Shown piece by piece: positions 25,199 through 32,000 of a DNA stretch of 32,000 nt. How positions within the stretch are numbered: position 1 is the stretch's first letter; the number at the start of each line of letters is the position of its first letter. This DNA comes from Candidatus Saccharimonadota bacterium (lineage in GTDB: Archaea; Micrarchaeota; Micrarchaeia; Micrarchaeales; Micrarchaeaceae), in the NCBI RefSeq assembly GCF_002214165.1, contig NZ_CP019964.1:630001-662000 (forward strand), read 5' to 3'. A program made the translations under genes and the position numbers. A model generated the notes under the pieces. That model did not search any database. It saw nothing but the letters and a program-made list of their open reading frames with translations, and was not told the origin of the DNA.

Positions 25199-26089
25199 AT
25201 GTCAGACATAAGCATAATTATACCGACTAAAGACGAATTGAATGTCAAGAATATATTGAAGGATATAGAGAAAAACTTCAAAAAAAATGAAATAGAAATT
25301 ATAATAGTGGATAAGAGCAAGCCTGAAATAAAGCGTAAAATTAAAGATTTGGGATTCCCAGTGATTGACCAAATATCAAATGGTTATGAGAATGCATTGG
25401 TTGAAGGTTTTAAAAGGGCAAAATCTCCTATACTTGCAACTATAGATGCTGATGGTACTTATTTAGTAAAAGATTTAAAATCGGTTATATTGGAATTGGA
25501 TAAGGGAGATTATGATTTTATTAGCGGGGATCGCAGCTCAGGATTAAGGAAAATGACGTTTTACATAAGTTTTGGCAACAAATTTCTTACAAAATGGTTT
25601 AACTTCCTATACCATAGAAAGATGCATGATGTTCTAAGTGGAGTATTCGCGATGAAAAGAGAGGTATTTGATAAAATAAAATATGACGATGCATTTAGGG
25701 CAGGCACCTTGTTTTTTGAGATTGAAGCTGTAAGAAGGGGTTACCGCATAAAAGATATTCCGATAAGCTATGCAGATAGGGTAAATACTAAATCAAGGAT
25801 AACAAAATCAAAACCCATATACGGATTCTTTATAGCATTTTATTCGATCAAATACGCTAGGGATTACAGACCTTTGGTTTTATTTGGGGCTATTGGAATT
25901 CTTTTAATTATAGCTGGAATAATAGTTGGGGCATTGGTAGTGCAGAATTACTTTGCGACTGGCGTTCTTATAGAGGTTGGCAGAGCACTTATATCGTTTA
26001 TGCTTATAGTGCTAGGATTTTTATCGATAATAACCGGCCTTATATTAGATATGTTATTGGAGATAGAAAAGATACTGCTTAAAAAATGA
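25199..26089 (+). CDS. GT2 polyprenyl/dolichyl-phosphate glycosyltransferase (Dpm1/GtrB/AglD-like)
   Basis: 296-aa ORF. ISIIIPTKDE, DADGTY (DxD), two C-terminal TM helices. Starts 9 nt after the MFS gene. Confidence 0.8.
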   Translation: MSDISIIIPTKDELNVKNILKDIEKNFKKNEIEIIIVDKSKPEIKRKIKDLGFPVIDQISNGYENALVEGFKRAKSPILATIDADGTYLVKDLKSVILELDKGDYDFISGDRSSGLRKMTFYISFGNKFLTKWFNFLYHRKMHDVLSGVFAMKREVFDKIKYDDAFRAGTLFFEIEAVRRGYRIKDIPISYADRVNTKSRITKSKPIYGFFIAFYSIKYARDYRPLVLFGAIGILLIIAGIIVGALVVQNYFATGVLIEVGRALISFMLIVLGFLSIITGLILDMLLEIEKILLKK

Positions 26090-26120
26090 TAATGCAGTTA
26101 CTTGCTTGTTTTGGTTCTTT

Positions 26121-27449
26121 TCACCTAAGGGATTTATCCTTGGTTTCTGGAGCAAACTTTAAGCTAATCAAAAATCCTATTAGTGCAAATATGGCAAAGC
26201 ACAATACCACAGTTTTTAACCCGTAAAGCGAATCTATAATAGGAAATGAGAATATTGCAACGATTGATCCCAATCTGGAGATAGATGTGGCAAAACCCAT
26301 AGCGGTCCCCCTTATCCTTGTAGGGAACAACTCAACTGGGTAGGCATAGGTCATTGGGCTTGGCCCTATATTGTCAAATAAGTGCACCATACCAAATGCA
26401 CCGAATGTCATCAGTAAACCTACAACCATGTATTCATTGACAAAGAAAAATATGATCAAGGTTATGAACGCTCCTAGAAACCCTATGAGAAGCAGGGGTT
26501 TCCTACCTAATCTTTCCACATAGTATATTGCTATCAAAAACCCGACTATAACTGGTATCGACTCTGCCATTCCTGTAAAAACTACATAAAGATCGGCATA
26601 GTGGGAAGCTATCTCTGTGGAAAATATCAATGGTGAATATGTCCATATTCCATAGCTTATAACATTGTAGGAAAACCATGCCACCGCAATGAAAACAGAA
26701 TATGCTAGGTATTTGCCTTTAAAAATATCGCTGAGCTTTGTTCCTCCTTTTTCCAATTTGGGCATCCGGCTTATTTTTAGTCCTGTGTCTTCTTTTATCT
26801 CTTCCTTCACGATTTTCTCTGCTTTCTTCCCATACCTGTATTCAACCCAGTACGGGCTTTCGGGTATCTTTTTCCTTGAGTATACTACTATCAATGGGAA
26901 TATTGCCCCTATCATATACATGAAACGCCACGCATTAATCCCTGTAAAAAGAACCAGTGGCACTGCTATTATCAAAAATAGTATCGACCCTATCGAAAAC
27001 GAAAATATATTTATTAGAAGATATCGGCCCCTTACCTTTTTTGGGGAAAATTCGGCTTGTATTGATGAACTGATAGGGTAGTCTGCTCCAATACCTATCC
27101 CAACAAGGAATTGGAATATAGAGAAAATAATGTAATTTGTCGATAATCCTGTCAAAAACAGGAATATTGAAACAATGATTAGGTCATAGATATAGATGTA
27201 TCTCCTTCCGTAAAGATCTGCTATCTTTCCGAATATCATACTCCCAAAGAAAACCCCAAAAATAGAAGATATTCCCATTATTGAAATTTGATAGCTTGAT
27301 AGGTTCATTACTTTAATCAAATATAAAAGAGCATATGAGAATACTGTTAGAGTATAACCATCCACCATAATCCCAATCGAAGAAAGGATGGTAATTTTCT
27401 TCAACATGGGCGTTTCTGGTAAATCCTCTATTGTATTGTAGACAGCCAT
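26121..27449 (-). CDS. MFS sugar-porter-type transporter
   Basis: 442-aa ORF. GKIADLYGRRYIY, PESPYW and PVELFPTRIRGTAMG are typical sugar-porter signatures. Confidence 0.8.
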   Translation of the reverse strand: MAVYNTIEDLPETPMLKKITILSSIGIMVDGYTLTVFSYALLYLIKVMNLSSYQISIMGISSIFGVFFGSMIFGKIADLYGRRYIYIYDLIIVSIFLFLTGLSTNYIIFSIFQFLVGIGIGADYPISSSIQAEFSPKKVRGRYLLINIFSFSIGSILFLIIAVPLVLFTGINAWRFMYMIGAIFPLIVVYSRKKIPESPYWVEYRYGKKAEKIVKEEIKEDTGLKISRMPKLEKGGTKLSDIFKGKYLAYSVFIAVAWFSYNVISYGIWTYSPLIFSTEIASHYADLYVVFTGMAESIPVIVGFLIAIYYVERLGRKPLLLIGFLGAFITLIIFFFVNEYMVVGLLMTFGAFGMVHLFDNIGPSPMTYAYPVELFPTRIRGTAMGFATSISRLGSIVAIFSFPIIDSLYGLKTVVLCFAIFALIGFLISLKFAPETKDKSLR

Positions 27450-27466
27450 TTAATATAGATGGCAGG

Positions 27467-27481
27467 TAAAAATATAAAAAT
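27467..27481 (-). promoter_or_regulatory. TATA-box-like element for the minus-strand MFS gene
   Basis: The minus strand reads atttttatattttta, centred about 25 nt upstream of ATG (27449). Suggests a leaderless transcript. Confidence 0.3.
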
Positions 27482-27557
27482 GGTGCAATTGGTGAAGCGA
27501 TTAAACTGTTTCCTCTAAGGGGACTAAAACATATAATTGTAGATAAGTATTTATTAT

Positions 27558-27591
27558 TATACTAAAGTAAACTATTGTAAACTTTAGTATA
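27558..27591. promoter_or_regulatory. 11-bp perfect inverted repeat with embedded 7-bp direct repeats, candidate operator of the downstream cluster
   Basis: tatactaaagt N12 actttagtata. Inside it, gtaaact occurs twice at 10-bp spacing (27567-27573, 27577-27583). It follows ttattattat (27551-27560) and ends 10 nt before the first ORF. Confidence 0.4.
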
Positions 27592-27600
27592 GGGATTATC

Positions 27601-27990
27601 TTGGGTTCGATTCATAATATTGGTATTATAAAAAGGGTTATAGGTTTGCTTAAAGTGTTAACGATTCCGTTCATCCTGCTTACTGTTCTTATTTCCACTT
27701 ATTCGAGTGCTTCTACCCTAAATAGCAGTACAATAGGGATTGTGTCCCAGTTAGGATACGTAAGGGGTTTGCTCTCCCAAATAGGCCCTCTATTGAGTGC
27801 AGTACTGTTTATATTGGCAGGTATATTCTATGCAGTGGGCCAGTTGATGACACCTGAGAAAAAAGCTTCATTCCATACCACTGCAATAAACCTAATAATA
27901 GGTGCAATAATTGTTGCAGTTTTAAGTTTTACCTCTACAACTTTGGCTACTGCCTCAACGCACTTCCTATCCAACTCTACATTAAAGTGA
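27601..27990 (+). CDS. small secreted two-helix membrane protein; VirB2/TrbC/CedA1-like pilin candidate
   Basis: 129-aa ORF (TTG start, uncertain). Signal-like VLTIPFILLTVLISTYSSAS, then two hydrophobic helices (LLSAVLFILAGIFYAVGQL; AINLIIGAIIVAVLSF) joined by the basic loop TPEKKASFH. Confidence 0.45.
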   Translation: MGSIHNIGIIKRVIGLLKVLTIPFILLTVLISTYSSASTLNSSTIGIVSQLGYVRGLLSQIGPLLSAVLFILAGIFYAVGQLMTPEKKASFHTTAINLIIGAIIVAVLSFTSTTLATASTHFLSNSTLK

Positions 27991-27996
27991 CTATTC

Positions 27997-29016
27997 ATGC
28001 TTGGGTATACTATAGACATTTATGCGTTAAGCATAATGATAGCGATAGGAGGGATATTGCTGGGCTTGGGCTATGCATTCAATGATCTTAACCTAAAGAG
28101 GTATGGGAAGAAGGAGCTGCTTGAATCTTTGGTAAACGGCATAATGATAGGGGCTCTTATATTGGCTTTTGGTCAAGGCGGTGTAATATACAATGCTATG
28201 GAATCAACAGTAACTTCGGTTTCGCCAGCTATTGGCTGTGGATCGATGTCCAATAACTATGCTATATGTTTTGCATATAACTTTCTTATAAATCCTGCTT
28301 ACATATCAATAGATGGAAGGTCCTATCCATCCCTTATAGATGATTCGCTTGGCCTTCTTGTGCCTCTATCAACAATTTATACAATATTAGGCATAATAGG
28401 TTCAATGAGCTTCAGCTTGGGTGTTGTATCTATAACACTTCATTCGGTTATGGCGCCTCTTTTGAGTGTAGGCAGGGACATTATAGAGATACTGACCTTT
28501 GCAAATATCTCAATATACATGCAAGCAGCATTACTGAAAGTAATAGGTTTGATATCCCTTTCTTTATTAATGCCTATTGGGATAGTTTTACGAAGCTTTT
28601 ATTTTACAAGGCGGTTAGGAGGATCAATAATAGCGCTTACCATAGGGTTGTTTGCGGTCCTGCCTATGATGTACCTATTAAATGCAGTGATAATATCAAA
28701 TTACTCAACTGCATCTGCAGGTAGCATGGCAACACAATCGTTGGCTACAGCAACGGCTTTTGAGGGATCTATATTCTCTGATATAATTGGGAATTCGGCG
28801 GCAGGTATTGGAATCGCGTCATTTTATAGTTCACTTTCAGGCTTTGCCAAAGAGATGAACCAGTTTTTTGAATCCATAGTTGATGCCTTGGCCATTTTGA
28901 TTATAGAAGTTGTCTTTCTTCCAGTACTGAGCATTATAATGACAATTATATCGACCAGGGAGCTTGCACGGATACTTGGCACTGAAATTTCATTTGGCAG
29001 ATTTGATGTATTTTAG
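27997..29016 (+). CDS. polytopic membrane protein; VirB6/CedA-like candidate
   Basis: 339-aa ORF, 6 nt after the previous gene, with at least 6 hydrophobic segments. No motif recognised; the call rests on topology and context only. Confidence 0.35.
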   Translation: MLGYTIDIYALSIMIAIGGILLGLGYAFNDLNLKRYGKKELLESLVNGIMIGALILAFGQGGVIYNAMESTVTSVSPAIGCGSMSNNYAICFAYNFLINPAYISIDGRSYPSLIDDSLGLLVPLSTIYTILGIIGSMSFSLGVVSITLHSVMAPLLSVGRDIIEILTFANISIYMQAALLKVIGLISLSLLMPIGIVLRSFYFTRRLGGSIIALTIGLFAVLPMMYLLNAVIISNYSTASAGSMATQSLATATAFEGSIFSDIIGNSAAGIGIASFYSSLSGFAKEMNQFFESIVDALAILIIEVVFLPVLSIIMTIISTRELARILGTEISFGRFDVF

Positions 29017-29770
29017 TGGTTTTATGAATTACGGCAGTTTAAATGAAAGCTTAATATATATTGTCCTGTTAGTCTTGAACTTCATATTGGTTTTGATTGC
29101 TGCTTTGGCCTTCAATCCAACACTTATAGCTTTGGCTCTAATCTTCCTTTTGCTTTCGTTTTTTATAATAAGGTTTTGGGACTATATAAATGCACTTATA
29201 ATAAACCATTCAAATTTCATAGAATTATTCGGTGGATATGAGCTGGATTTAGCCTCTTCAATAGCTGTTTCTTCATCCAATGGCATATATAATGCAGTTT
29301 CTTTAGGGTATTTCAAATTTGATGGAAGTGATGAATTTGACCAGGATAAGATAGAATCAATCATAAGATCAAATCCCGTCCCGTTTAGGTTTGTAATCAA
29401 TATTGAAAAAGTGAACCAAAAAAAGATCTTGGGCGACCTAAGAACAAAGAAGCACATCAAAGAGATAGAATTGGCCAACTTATCAAGGGAAAAGGATTTT
29501 GCAAAATCCAGCATTATAAGGCGTAAGATAGATGTTATCTCACAGGACATTGCGGATATCTCTTCCGGAACCTCTTTCAAGCTTGTGTACTATCTGATTG
29601 CCTACGGCAGTTCGGAGAACAAGTTCAGGGCTGAGACTATGGCAAGGGAGAACTTGGAAAAGATCTCGGCTAGTTTCAGCTCCGCGTTTAAATGCACCAT
29701 GGAGAATTTGCATGGAAGCGATCTTGTCAGCTTCTTAAAGTTTGAATCGATGATATCCCATGATTTATGA
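29006..29770 (+). CDS. TM-hairpin protein with soluble domain; VirB3-like hairpin plus VirB4 N-terminal-domain-like candidate
   Basis: ORF track 28964..29770 (TTG); in-frame ATGs at 29006 and 29024. Two adjacent TMs (LIYIVLLVLNFILVLIAALAF; LIALALIFLLLSFFIIRFW) then ~170 soluble aa. Overlaps both neighbours by 11 nt. Confidence 0.4.
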   Translation: MYFSGFMNYGSLNESLIYIVLLVLNFILVLIAALAFNPTLIALALIFLLLSFFIIRFWDYINALIINHSNFIELFGGYELDLASSIAVSSSNGIYNAVSLGYFKFDGSDEFDQDKIESIIRSNPVPFRFVINIEKVNQKKILGDLRTKKHIKEIELANLSREKDFAKSSIIRRKIDVISQDIADISSGTSFKLVYYLIAYGSSENKFRAETMARENLEKISASFSSAFKCTMENLHGSDLVSFLKFESMISHDL

Positions 29771-31115
29771 TAAATTTTATAATATCTCCAATTCGGTTTT
29801 GCTTGCGAAGCAGATAAAGATATCTGCAATGTCAGAATCTAAATTGTGCGAATTGCCCGGCAGTGATGGATTTTACGTAGGCAAAAGCTCAATATATAAT
29901 TTGCCCTTTTTCATAAACTTTGACAAGCTTATGAACAAGCACATTATTTCACTTGGTATGACGGGCTCGGGAAAGACAAATCTGCTCAAGAACCTGATAC
30001 TTAAGATCTTTGTTTATGAAACAAGCCCATCAATAACTATATTTGACTGGTCCGGCGAATACTCAGATATAACAAATTATACTGTTGGAATAAGGCATGA
30101 TCTTAAAAGCCTTGGAATTAACCTTCTTGATCTTTATGGGACCGATCTATTCAAGCCCCTGGTCATTAATGCATTGGAGAACTTTTGCGGGCTTTCAAGC
30201 AATGACTGCAACGAGATTTATGATAAAATATCAAATGGATTGGGCAAAGGTAAACGGGATTTCAATGAAGGCATTTCAGGATTTTTTAGAAGAATCCGTA
30301 AACCAGGAGTTGGGAAGAAGGTTTTGGCCCTGGATCACTATAAACTATTTAACCAACACCCTGGCATTGACTTGAACGGTATTTTGGATAAATTCCTGTG
30401 CTTTGACTTATCGAGCTTGGATGAATTTGGGAAATCCAATTTTTCAAAGCTGCTTCTGCTCCTTTTAAAGCTTGAGATTTATAGGAAAGGGATAAGCACT
30501 GGAAAGACTAATTATTTGGTATTTGATGAAGCATGGAAGTATATTAAGGATGATTCAATATTGAATGGCCTTTTCAGGGAAGGGCGAAAGTATGGAGTAA
30601 GCCTGCTCATAGCTACCCAAATGGCTTCTGATGTATCGAATGAACTCCTATCAAATGCTGCTTCTGTCTTCATATTCAGGCTGCATAAGGAGGACTATAA
30701 AGTTCTGGGCAATTACGGAATTGATTCAAATAGGTTTAGCGGGATAACAGAGAATTTGGGAAGGGGGAGCTGCTTAGTCAGCCAGATATTGAAGGGAGGG
30801 ACTTTTTCACAGGCTGTTATAAGTGATGTGAAACATTTCAATCTTTCTGATTACTTGTTGGTTTCAGGTGATAATATGAATTATATATCCAGAATCAGAT
30901 TCAAAAATGCAGTCGAAAAGTACTGCACGAATTCAGGGAGCATCCTACGTTTTATGGAGGAGAATAGTAAATTGGATTTATCTAAATTAATAGAGAAGCT
31001 GATTTCTGATGGCAATGACCGGGTTGTGATTGTCACATTGCTGCGCTCTGTCGGTATTGACGATTTTGTTATAGCCTCGGGGTTCGACAATCTAAGATCC
31101 GTCTATTTTGAGTGA
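29760..31115 (+). CDS. VirB4/TrbE/CedB-type (HerA-FtsK superfamily) P-loop ATPase
   Basis: 451-aa ORF. Walker A LGMTGSGKTN, Walker B NYLVFDEAWKY, REGRKYGVSLLIATQ. The DEAW and RK-G...ATQ pattern is typical of VirB4/TraC-type ATPases. Alternative start ATG 29829. Confidence 0.75.
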   Translation: MIYDKFYNISNSVLLAKQIKISAMSESKLCELPGSDGFYVGKSSIYNLPFFINFDKLMNKHIISLGMTGSGKTNLLKNLILKIFVYETSPSITIFDWSGEYSDITNYTVGIRHDLKSLGINLLDLYGTDLFKPLVINALENFCGLSSNDCNEIYDKISNGLGKGKRDFNEGISGFFRRIRKPGVGKKVLALDHYKLFNQHPGIDLNGILDKFLCFDLSSLDEFGKSNFSKLLLLLLKLEIYRKGISTGKTNYLVFDEAWKYIKDDSILNGLFREGRKYGVSLLIATQMASDVSNELLSNAASVFIFRLHKEDYKVLGNYGIDSNRFSGITENLGRGSCLVSQILKGGTFSQAVISDVKHFNLSDYLLVSGDNMNYISRIRFKNAVEKYCTNSGSILRFMEENSKLDLSKLIEKLISDGNDRVVIVTLLRSVGIDDFVIASGFDNLRSVYFE

Positions 31116-31750
31116 TTTATATGCAATTTTCTTCATCGTTTATGGCAAAAGGTAAGCTGCTTACGGACTTTCATTCTTTATCCGAAGATATAAGCTACCT
31201 GCATCTATTCAAGATAAATAGTTATGGCACTTCACTTGACTATTCCATAGATATGAAAGGAGAGAAACTATCTCTTGTATTCTCTACGAACATGATATCG
31301 TATAGCTTTTATTACGACACTCTTTCAGATAACTATTACTTACTAAACTTTTCAAGGTTCATAAGGCTAATAAATTACTTGAAGAGGCATTACAGGATAG
31401 ACTTTGAATCTGTCTATCCATACCTCTCAAATTCTATTAGCATAAAGCTTGACGAGGCAAAATTGGGCTATTTCAAGAGCGAACAAAAGGTAAAAGGCAA
31501 CATTCTGGAATATTTGGATAACCTGTCTGAATCAAACTTTAACCTTAGCGAGAAATTGATACAAATCAACAGATACAATAAGGATATTTTAAGCGAGCTT
31601 TCGATTTATAAAAAATTTTCTCAAACTGTTGCCTCCAATCTCAGAAAGGCCAATTTTGAGAATGATAGCTTGGAGGAGGCGGCCAGCAGGTCATTTGGAA
31701 TTGATATTAAATTGGCCCATGCAGTATTGAAATCGCTTGGTTACCTGTGA
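31112..31750 (+). CDS. hypothetical soluble protein in the cluster
   Basis: 212-aa ORF overlapping the ATPase stop by 4 nt (GTGA); alternative ATG 31121. No recognisable motif. Confidence 0.5.
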   Translation: MIYMQFSSSFMAKGKLLTDFHSLSEDISYLHLFKINSYGTSLDYSIDMKGEKLSLVFSTNMISYSFYYDTLSDNYYLLNFSRFIRLINYLKRHYRIDFESVYPYLSNSISIKLDEAKLGYFKSEQKVKGNILEYLDNLSESNFNLSEKLIQINRYNKDILSELSIYKKFSQTVASNLRKANFENDSLEEAASRSFGIDIKLAHAVLKSLGYL

Positions 31751-31755
31751 TATAT

Positions 31756-32000
31756 ATGGACACCCGCCTGTTGCTTATAATATTTTTCTTGCTTCTTGCC
31801 ACCTTAGTGCTTACAATGCATTATCTGACATATCTTCATATAAGCTATCTTATAGCAGGGCTTTTGGTGCTTGTCGGATCAGTGATACTTTCCAACCTTG
31901 GGAATGATGTGAATAGCTACAAGTATGATATATTTTATAGGGATAAGAGGACATTTAGGTTAACGGATCAATTTTTGGAGCGTGTTGGCATTTATAGGGA
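31756..32000 (+). CDS. membrane protein, N-terminal fragment (continues past the right edge)
   Basis: Own translation from ATG 31756: MDTRLLLIIFFLLLATLVLTMHYLTYLHISYLIAGLLVLVGSVILSNLGNDVNSYKYDIFYRDKRTFRLTDQFLERVGIYR, open to the window end. Two TM helices then a soluble part. Confidence 0.45.
   Translation, partial: MDTRLLLIIFFLLLATLVLTMHYLTYLHISYLIAGLLVLVGSVILSNLGNDVNSYKYDIFYRDKRTFRLTDQFLERVGIYR

Noticed and set aside
27508-27530. gtttcctctaaggggactaaaac, which superficially resembles a CRISPR repeat (GTTTC...AAAC ends)
   Set aside because: There is only one copy, with no spacer-repeat periodicity or cas genes in the window. It lies in the divergent promoter region, so there is no basis for a CRISPR call.
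27601-27990. Interpretation of the small membrane protein as a type IV pilin/archaellin-like protein
   Set aside because: There is no class III signal (a basic residue followed by G/A cleavage before the hydrophobic helix). No PilB/ArlI-type ATPase or PilC/ArlJ platform gene is nearby. Two hydrophobic helices rather than one favour a VirB2-like layout.

Overview
AT-rich archaeal chromosomal segment. Archaeal hallmarks: two tRNA genes with introns at the canonical 37/38 site, an HMf-type histone gene, an RNase P RNA, A/T-rich TATA-like boxes about 25 nt upstream of start codons, and sequon-rich surface proteins. Left to right: a partial RecJ/DHH-like gene, a Cys-repeat surface glycoprotein and a KaiC-like ATPase; an XRE-type regulator and an FNR-like flavoprotein; a 2-oxoacid dehydrogenase E1alpha-E1beta-E2 operon with no adjacent E3; a short-form 6-phosphogluconate dehydrogenase coupled to a divergent G6PDH-like oxidoreductase; a GNAT acetyltransferase abutting the histone gene; RNase P RNA converging on tRNA(CAU). 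Then come a UbiD-family decarboxylase with two tandemly duplicated LctP-family permeases showing mosaic identity, a membrane-anchored ArsR-type regulator, tRNA-Gly(UCC), a TRAM-domain protein, two GT2 glycosyltransferases, an M1 aminopeptidase and two MFS transporters. The most interesting region is 27.5-32 kb. It holds a tightly packed plus-strand cluster: a small two-helix secreted membrane protein, a polytopic membrane protein, a TM-hairpin protein and a VirB4/HerA-type ATPase, plus two unknowns, preceded by an inverted/direct-repeat operator-like site. I interpret it as a candidate conjugation-type (VirB2/B6/B3-B4-like, Ced/Ted-like) DNA or macromolecule transfer apparatus. All functional calls rest on motif recognition by eye; no searches were run.
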